The translations under genes were made by a program, and so were the position numbers. 64,000 nt of DNA from Prochlorococcaceae cyanobacterium (GTDB taxonomy: Bacteria > Cyanobacteriota > Cyanobacteriia > PCC-6307 > Cyanobiaceae), in the NCBI GenBank assembly GCA_044356375.1, contig JBIKWK010000005.1:27820-91819 (forward strand). Reading direction: 5' to 3'. This document shows, piece by piece, positions 57,974 through 64,000 of the stretch (positions are counted from its first letter, which is position 1; each line of letters opens with the position of its first letter). The notes beneath the pieces were generated by a model. The model saw nothing but the letters and a program-made list of their open reading frames with translations. It was not told the DNA's origin and made no database searches.

Positions 57974-58329
57974 CCATCTGTGCAACTCGAAAAATCCCAA
58001 ATCATACTGCTCTAGCGATGCTCAAAATATGGCGGTAACCGGGCACTCCTTTGTCAGCTCGGAGTCAATTTTTCTAGCCACCCCTATATAAATCGCTGAG
58101 TTGACCAACATCATCGCCCCTGGTTGACCGATCTGCCCCTTCTTGGCCGATCAGGCCCTGAATAACAGATCAGCCTCAGCTTGACCGTTGGCCGGCTGCC
58201 ATGGGTACAATGCCGAAGTGGACATTGAGGCACAAGTGCTGGTGAGCTAGCGCGGACCGATCTTTTTAGTCGGGCCCATCAACATGGGCCCATGGACAGA
58301 ACACTAAAGCCAACTGCGAGATCGCTGCC

Positions 58330-58638
58330 ATGGGTAATCCGATTAATCTAGAGACTTTCCTAGCTCGAGCCAGGGACCGCTTTGGCGACCGCTATGACTA
58401 TACAAATATTGTTTACAAAAGTTACAAAACACCGGTAAAGATTCGTTGTACATTACATCCAGTTCGTCAGATCAGCATTACCCCTGAGCGCCACCTGCAG
58501 ACAACCGGAGGCTGTAAATATTGCCTAAGAGTCTCTCGCAACCAGGTTTTGGAGCGCACCCTGCGCCTAGACAGCGACGAGCCTAATTTCCCCTTAAGCC
58601 AAAGCCCATTAATTTCCAGCCTGCAATCACCAGGTTAA
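58330..58638 (+). CDS. Small protein carrying a phage/giant-virus-type zinc-ribbon module (likely a remnant of a homing-endonuclease-like gene)
   Basis: FLARARDRFGDRYDYTNIVYKSYKTPVKIRCTLHPVRQISITPERHLQTTGGCKYC follows the pattern F..A...HG.KYDYS...Y.....KV.I.C..HG.F...P..HL.G.GC..C that I know from phage endonuclease-associated N-termini. AT-rich codons. Confidence 0.5.
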   Translation: MGNPINLETFLARARDRFGDRYDYTNIVYKSYKTPVKIRCTLHPVRQISITPERHLQTTGGCKYCLRVSRNQVLERTLRLDSDEPNFPLSQSPLISSLQSPG

Positions 58639-58775
58639 CCCTCAACAATCGGCAAATTTATATATAATCGGCAAAATATCCATGGACAAACTCAGAATCC
58701 CCTCTCGCGGTAGCAACTGCTACCGGCCTTAATTTAATTCTGTGCGTTACTTATGATGTTAGTTGTTTTGAACCG

Positions 58776-59000
58776 GTGCCCAGTCTGAGCTGCAGCTATT
58801 GCAACACGAGGGATCGGATGGTGATTATGCGTTGCCTTGGGCCTGATCAGTTTTTTCTCGAACGCGTAATCTTTCCCTTTGAGCAGCTTAGCTTTACTTG
58901 TCCGAGCAACAGTGAAGTGGAGATTTGGAGCCATTCCCTAGGCGGTCCAGAGCTGTTGGAACGCTTTGCAGCCAGCCATATCGTTTCTACCTGTGACTAG
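58776..59000 (+). CDS. DUF1830-like small cyanobacterial protein
   Basis: GTG start. CSYCNTRDRMVIMRCLGPDQFFLERVIFPFEQLSFTCPSNSEVEIWSH resembles the CCYxNxT...IxRI...WYFERVVFPGxxLLFEA...EI signature as I remember it. Confidence 0.6.
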   Translation: MPSLSCSYCNTRDRMVIMRCLGPDQFFLERVIFPFEQLSFTCPSNSEVEIWSHSLGGPELLERFAASHIVSTCD

Positions 59001-59331
59001 GCTTTGCTTTTGCAAGCTCACATTGTGATTGAACAACTTTGTTGCTAAGTTAATCACCTAGAAAAACGCCCATCCAGCACCCTAAAAGTCAGGATTGAGC
59101 CAATATTCGCAATATCCCTTACGCTATGAGTCCAGTGTCATTTGGATTTTTTCGAGGAGCCCTTAAGTTGTGTTTGCACCATGTAATTTTTTAACCTATG
59201 GCATAGCTCAATACTGGCTTGCATGTGGGTACAGTGTATAGTTGGCCACCAAGAGGGCGACTGCAGCCATGAATGGTTATTTGTTGTTCTGGTTTTGATC
59301 GACCTGGGCGCAAGCGCGAGCTGCTGAAGAC

Positions 59332-60552
59332 TTAGCTTGAGGGAAGATACGGCAGCAGCTTGGTTGCCAAGTTCTCTGCACTGCTCAGTGCTCCCTCAAT
59401 CCTTCCGAAACCTGGGCCAGCGATGTAGTCACCGCAAAAGCCCAACTGGCTCTTCTGGCAGATCGTTAGTTGGGATGGCAAACCCGGTGCCACAGGGAAG
59501 GCTGCCCCCCAACGCATCAACTGACAATCCCCCTGTTCCACACCACTCCAGCCCTGCAGCCATGGGGCCAAGCTCTTGACCAGAGCGCTGCCCAGGGCGG
59601 CGATCACGGTCTCTTCCCGGCCGCCATCGGCGGGAAGTCCAAGCAGCTGCGCCACGGCTGATCGCGAGCCATAAACATCTAGATGGTCGGCGGCGAAGGC
59701 ATTGCTGGAATGGGCCACCACGGCGCAACGACAATCGTCGAGTCGCTGAATCGACACCCGCTGCAGCCCCCAGCGCTGCTGGGCGCCAGCATCGAAACTA
59801 AGCAGTTCAAACGGCAGGGCCAACCAGGGGCTAGCGCTCTCCCTATCAAGAACCATCAGCAGGGAGCTGCGCGCCTCAGAGCGGATGCCGGCAAGGGTGG
59901 CGAGGGCGTGCTCCAGCTCGAGATCTCCCAGGCCCTGCACTGCTTGTTTCAAGGGCACCTCTGGCCAGCCAAGGATCAGGCTTGAGCGCGGATGGGCCAG
60001 CAGGGTGCCGCTGAGTACCAGCCATGGGGCCTTGCCGATCAGTTCCTGTTTCTGATTGAACAGTTGCCAGCCCTGGTTAGGCTCAAAAACCAGATGGCGA
60101 ACCAGGGTGGAGAAGTGACTGCGGACCGCTGGAGAACCCTCCACCTCCGCCAACCTCAGCAGGCCAGTTGCCAGGCCATCCATGCCCTGGCTGGCTCTAT
60201 AGAGCCCCCCTGAACTCAATGCATCGGAGCGATTCAGCTGCAAAGAACTCTCCCCCTGCAGCATCGCCAATCTGCCCTGCCAGGGCTGTAAAGAGGCCTG
60301 GGAAAGCAGCGGTTCCAGCAACGCAGGTGCGGAATCACCGCAGATGTTCAATATTGGCGCACCATGGTTGATGGCCAGGTGGGGGTCTTGGCGGGAGCGA
60401 CGGGTGCTGGCCCTACCACCCGGGCCCCGACCCGTTTCCCAGAGGTCAATGCCTCCTTTAAAACCCAGCCGCCGCAAATGGGCCACCAGGGCACAGCCGG
60501 CAACTCCTGCCCCTATTACCGCAAGGGAAGGATCCTGGGGGGGACGGGCCAC
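59332..60552 (-). CDS. NAD(P)/FAD-dependent oxidoreductase (renalase-like, COG3380-type)
   Basis: LAVIGAGVAGCALVAHL...WETGRGPGGRASTRR...GDYIAGPGFGRIEGALSSA. Confidence 0.75.
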   Translation of the reverse strand: MARPPQDPSLAVIGAGVAGCALVAHLRRLGFKGGIDLWETGRGPGGRASTRRSRQDPHLAINHGAPILNICGDSAPALLEPLLSQASLQPWQGRLAMLQGESSLQLNRSDALSSGGLYRASQGMDGLATGLLRLAEVEGSPAVRSHFSTLVRHLVFEPNQGWQLFNQKQELIGKAPWLVLSGTLLAHPRSSLILGWPEVPLKQAVQGLGDLELEHALATLAGIRSEARSSLLMVLDRESASPWLALPFELLSFDAGAQQRWGLQRVSIQRLDDCRCAVVAHSSNAFAADHLDVYGSRSAVAQLLGLPADGGREETVIAALGSALVKSLAPWLQGWSGVEQGDCQLMRWGAAFPVAPGLPSQLTICQKSQLGFCGDYIAGPGFGRIEGALSSAENLATKLLPYLPSS

Positions 60553-60560
60553 AGTTGAGC

Positions 60561-60806
60561 TCAGTCGATCTTGACCACGTCTATCGGCCCTCGACCTTCC
60601 TGATTGAGCTCTGTGGCCGTGCGCAGGGCCGCTTCATGGGTGTGGAAGCGGTGGGCATCGTTGGGGTGGCCCACCTGCGCCAGGGCCTGGCCATCGGCAG
60701 CCACTGCCAGATATGTGCCGTTATTGAGGCATTTCAAAACGTAACGCTCAGCTTGGGTGCACTGGAGCGGACGGGCTGGATCAATGGCTGGAGCCCAAAA
60801 ATGCAC
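60561..60806 (-). CDS. Hypothetical protein (81 aa)
   Basis: ORF track entry. Host-like codon usage, immediately upstream of the oxidoreductase. No family recognised. Confidence 0.45.
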   Translation of the reverse strand: MHFWAPAIDPARPLQCTQAERYVLKCLNNGTYLAVAADGQALAQVGHPNDAHRFHTHEAALRTATELNQEGRGPIDVVKID

Positions 60807-60864
60807 GGCAGGCCCGGGGGAGAGAAGGTCAAGGTAGCGTCGCCCGAGTGAGTATGCAGGCTGA

Positions 60865-61224
60865 ATGGCACGTTTTTTGTTGGTGCTTCAGCTTCCCCCC
60901 GGTTCTGCGGCAAATTCTGTGCTCGACAGCCTCACTACCCTGCTGGCCCAGGTGGATGCCGAAATCGATCACCGCACGCCCGCCCACCTCAGCGCCCTGC
61001 TCAAATCGGCTGGGGAGAGCCAGCGCATGCAGCTGTTCGCAGATCTTCAGTCCAAGGACGGTGGCAACAGGCTTGAACTGGTTTTGCTCAGCCGCGAGGG
61101 CATGGGTACCGGAGCGCCGATCACCCGCCAGATGTTCGAACAACTGGTGAGCCTGTTTGAGCAGCAGCTCAGCTCTTTAGCACTGGTGTTCCGCTCCGAT
61201 CGCGATGGGGCCGTGCCGGTTTGA
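60865..61224 (+). CDS. Conserved hypothetical protein (119 aa)
   Basis: ORF track entry with clean host-like codon usage. MARFLLVLQLPPGSAANSVLDSLTTLLAQVDAEIDHR... Confidence 0.55.
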   Translation: MARFLLVLQLPPGSAANSVLDSLTTLLAQVDAEIDHRTPAHLSALLKSAGESQRMQLFADLQSKDGGNRLELVLLSREGMGTGAPITRQMFEQLVSLFEQQLSSLALVFRSDRDGAVPV

Positions 61225-61228
61225 ACCC

Positions 61229-62002
61229 ATGCCAGTGAGCAGCTTTGATCTGCAGCAACGCCACAGCTGGTACGGCCAGCTCCTGCTGCTCTGCCTGTTA
61301 GTGCTGATTAGTTTTGCCCTGCCCCAGGGCTGGGGTTACACCAGCAGCCTCGGCTATGGCCTACTGCCCCTGCTGCTGATCCAGGGGCTCGGGCGCAGCG
61401 GTGGCCAGGTAGGTGCCAGCGGCCAAGGCGCCAAGCGCCGCTGGACCCTGGCCTACAAGCTGTTGGGTTGGGCGGCGATGGTGGCAAACATCCTATGGGT
61501 GTTCACTCCCCTCAAGATGCAGAGCAGTGGCTTGCCGCTGCTGGTGGTGTGGACGGCCTTCATCGCCTGGAGTGCGGTGCGGTTGATCCGCCTGCTCAGC
61601 CTGGAAACCCGGGTCAATGCCCAGGTGCTGATGGGGGCTAGCGCCGGCTATCTACTGCTTGGCATTACCGCTGGCCTACTGTTTTCTGCCTTGGAGACGG
61701 TGCAACCGGGTAGTTTTCATAATCTGGTCGAGGGGAATACATCGGTACTTGAGAGCAGCCAACCTCAGCTGACAAACACGGCATCAGTATGGCGGTTGAG
61801 TTTTGTGAAATTAAATTATTTTGCTTTTGTAACTCTCACCAGTACCGGATTTGGCGACATATTACCCCATTCTCCCCAGGCTCAAATCAGCACCGTGGCA
61901 ATCGCCGTGATTGGAGTGTTTTACGTGGCAGTGGTGATGGGCTTGCTTATCAGTCGCCTTACGCTTCAAGACGATCAGGCAAAAGCCGGTGATAAACCCT
62001 GA
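61229..62002 (+). CDS. Two-TM-type potassium-channel-like protein (Ion_trans_2)
   Basis: Pore/selectivity filter FAFVTLTSTGFGDILP, flanking TM helices and additional N-terminal TM helices. Start at ATG 61229 (or 61205). Confidence 0.75.
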   Translation: MPVSSFDLQQRHSWYGQLLLLCLLVLISFALPQGWGYTSSLGYGLLPLLLIQGLGRSGGQVGASGQGAKRRWTLAYKLLGWAAMVANILWVFTPLKMQSSGLPLLVVWTAFIAWSAVRLIRLLSLETRVNAQVLMGASAGYLLLGITAGLLFSALETVQPGSFHNLVEGNTSVLESSQPQLTNTASVWRLSFVKLNYFAFVTLTSTGFGDILPHSPQAQISTVAIAVIGVFYVAVVMGLLISRLTLQDDQAKAGDKP

Positions 62003-62047
62003 GAAAGCCCTGGGAAAGCCCGGGGAAAGCCCCGGGAAAAACCAAGC
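61993..62047. repeat. Degenerate 11-bp tandem repeat, about 5 copies (GAAAGCCCNGG)
   Basis: GAAAGCCC at 62003, 62014 and 62025, flanked by ATAAACCCTGA and GAAAAACCAAG. It contains the hairpin CCGGGG-AAAG-CCCCGG and spans the channel-gene stop codon. Confidence 0.75.
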
Positions 62048-62358
62048 CAGGTCAGCATATTCTTTATGCTACAATGGCTTCCAGGTGGCAATTGTATAAA
62101 AACTGCATTTTTCTAAAAGACAGCTCAAAAAATGTAAATGAAATGTCTATTCCACCGGCGCGAGCGAGAGACAGACCAGCAGCCACAATGCTTATTGCAC
62201 CATGGGATCAGCGAGGTTTAAATTCTTGCGACATGCCCTAAAGAGCATCTTAACAATTGCCCAGCTCATCTCGATGAGTCAAGGTTGGGTCTGCTGTGTG
62301 CTTCTGCCACATGAGCACACGGTGGGGGTTGCAGAGCTTAGTACCTAATCAAGATTAT

Positions 62359-63918
62359 TCATGGCTTTTCCGCCCGTCGCCTTTTGAACCAGCTGGCCAC
62401 GGCGCTGGCCAGCTGGTCGGGATCGCTGTTGGCTTGCACCTGTATGCAAAAGCTGTTTTCCTGCGCATTGAGGGGTTCAAATAGGTTCAGCTGCTCCAGC
62501 AGCACCGCCTCGTCGGCGTCGGAGGCATCGCGGCCGTGGCGCAGGCGGTTTCTGATCCTGGCCCGTGCCACTTCGATCGGAGCGAGCGGCTGCAGGATCA
62601 GAAAGGGCACACCAAGTTGTTGGGCTAGATCGGCCATCCGTTGTCGGTCCTGTTGGCGCAGAAAGGTGGCATCCACCACCACTGCATGGCCGGCGCGGAG
62701 CAGCTGCTCCGCTATCTCTGGCAGTCGTTTGGCAAACAATTCCTCGCTCACGGCCGAGGTGTACGGATTGCCGCTGCGTTCGGCGCGGCGAGGAATGCCC
62801 CAGAGACCAAACATGCGCTTGCGCTCCACATCGGAGCGCAAGCGCATCCAGCCCAGGCGCTCGGCTACCGCCAGGCTGTGGCGCGACTTGCCCAGTCCCG
62901 AGACACCGGTGGTGATTGCCAGGCTGCAGGGTCTGGGGTTGATCAACTGTTCGGCGCACCTTAAATAGCCATGCAGGGCCGCACCGGCCCCCAGCGCCGC
63001 CACCTTGGCCCGCACCAGGGCTCGATAGCAGCTATACCAGCGCCACAGGTCCATGGCGTCCCAATCGCCGCTCTGTTCCAACCAACGATTCAGCAGGCGC
63101 ATGGCCAGGCGGGGCTGACCGTGCTCCTGCAGATCCATCACCAAAAAAGCCAGATCGCTGATCACATCGATCCAGCGCAGGTTGTCGCTGAATTCCAGGC
63201 AGTCGAAGACTGTGATGCGATCGGCCAGCACCACCATGTTCCCCAGGTGTAAATCGCCGTGACCTTCCCGTACTCTCCCGGCCGCCAGGCGCCGCTGGAA
63301 ATGGGGCCTTAACCGCTGCCATTCCTTTTCCGCCCACCGCCGCAGCCGCTCCAGCGCCGCGGCCGCCCTGGAATCGTCGCCGCCGCTGCTGGCCAACAGC
63401 GCCGGCACCGATTCCAGGGCGGCAAAATTTGCAATTACCGGATCGCGAACGGCGTTGGCCGAGCCATAGGGTCCAGCGGCTGGAGCCTTGGCCGCCGTCG
63501 CCTGAAAACAAGCCAGGTCATCGGCGAGTTGGTCAATCTGCTCCTCTCGCAGTTCACCGCGATTGAGCACCGACTCGAGCATCGCCTGTTGGGGAAACTG
63601 GTGCATGCGTACCAGATGGTCAATTACCGGCCCATCGCCCCAACAACTTGCCCGTTCCGGCGGACCATGCACCGCCACGACGTCGATATAGATATTGCTG
63701 GCCAGGCGGCGATTCAGGCGCACTTCCTCGTGGCAAAAGTGTTGGCGGCGCTCAGGCGTGCTGAAATTTACAAAGCCGTAATCTACGGGCTTTTTTAGTT
63801 TGTATGCGTAGGTGCCGGTGAGAAAAATCCAGGATATGTGTGTTTCCTGTAGCAGCACAGCCTCCACGGGGTGGTCGTAGGCCTCAGGCCTCAGCAAACT
63901 GCCAACCAGGGGGTTCAT
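62359..63918 (-). CDS. Bifunctional aminoglycoside-phosphotransferase-like kinase / AAA_33 ATP-binding protein
   Basis: N-terminal APH-like domain (LQETHISWIFLTGTYAYKLKKPV, HGDLHLGNMVV, DCLEF). C-terminal P-loop kinase domain (ITTGVSGLGKSRHS). Confidence 0.8.
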   Translation of the reverse strand: MNPLVGSLLRPEAYDHPVEAVLLQETHISWIFLTGTYAYKLKKPVDYGFVNFSTPERRQHFCHEEVRLNRRLASNIYIDVVAVHGPPERASCWGDGPVIDHLVRMHQFPQQAMLESVLNRGELREEQIDQLADDLACFQATAAKAPAAGPYGSANAVRDPVIANFAALESVPALLASSGGDDSRAAAALERLRRWAEKEWQRLRPHFQRRLAAGRVREGHGDLHLGNMVVLADRITVFDCLEFSDNLRWIDVISDLAFLVMDLQEHGQPRLAMRLLNRWLEQSGDWDAMDLWRWYSCYRALVRAKVAALGAGAALHGYLRCAEQLINPRPCSLAITTGVSGLGKSRHSLAVAERLGWMRLRSDVERKRMFGLWGIPRRAERSGNPYTSAVSEELFAKRLPEIAEQLLRAGHAVVVDATFLRQQDRQRMADLAQQLGVPFLILQPLAPIEVARARIRNRLRHGRDASDADEAVLLEQLNLFEPLNAQENSFCIQVQANSDPDQLASAVASWFKRRRAEKP

Positions 63919-64000
63919 GCTTACCTTTTTAGCAGCTCTTGGGGTGAACTGCAGACCTGCCGCAAAGCTGTGCCGCGCCGGGCAATTTCTGCCGGGCCAG

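Noticed and set aside
18241-62047. The tandem repeat arrays as possible CRISPR arrays
   Set aside because: The units are directly abutting with no unique spacers, they are only 11-24 bp long, and no cas genes are present in the window.

Overview
All calls here were made by eye from the sequence and the ORF track. No searches or folding programs were run, so family names are from memory and start codons are often uncertain. The window looks like a chromosomal segment from a high-GC picocyanobacterium of the Synechococcus/Cyanobium type. The marker genes supporting this are apcD, hemJ, a Psb32-like TPM protein, pxcA, a cyanobacterial-type hfq and a VKOR-type Trx domain. About 55 genes are tightly packed and most are housekeeping: metG, rnb, rpsR, rpmG, pheT, hemB, mutS2, leuS, dapF, a cysteine desulfurase, dacB, coaD, uvrC, cobN, ilvE, metH, gpsA, a group-3 sigma factor and others. 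Many adjacent genes are coupled by GTGA/ATGA start-stop overlaps. I recognised no rRNA, tRNA, CRISPR array or intact mobile element. Long ORFs antisense to real genes are common and I treat them as high-GC shadows. Four things are not explained by ordinary annotation. (1) A roughly 3.3 kb AT-rich, ORF-poor islet at 14.4-17.7 kb carries perfect hairpins, recurring short words and a few odd small ORFs. (2) A second lower-GC segment at 55.2-59.3 kb encodes a secreted protein, an unusual RHH plus J-domain fusion protein, a phage-like zinc-ribbon remnant and a DUF1830-like gene. (3) Short intergenic tandem repeat arrays occur with periods of 11, 13, 16, 18, 20, 20 and about 24 bp, and three of them share a 5-bp dyad architecture. 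(4) In-frame low-complexity insertions or tails occur in MutS2, DapF, PhzF, DacB, MetH and UvrC. DapF additionally carries a Cys4 C-terminal module. I cannot demonstrate a complete new system; the items above are the best candidates.
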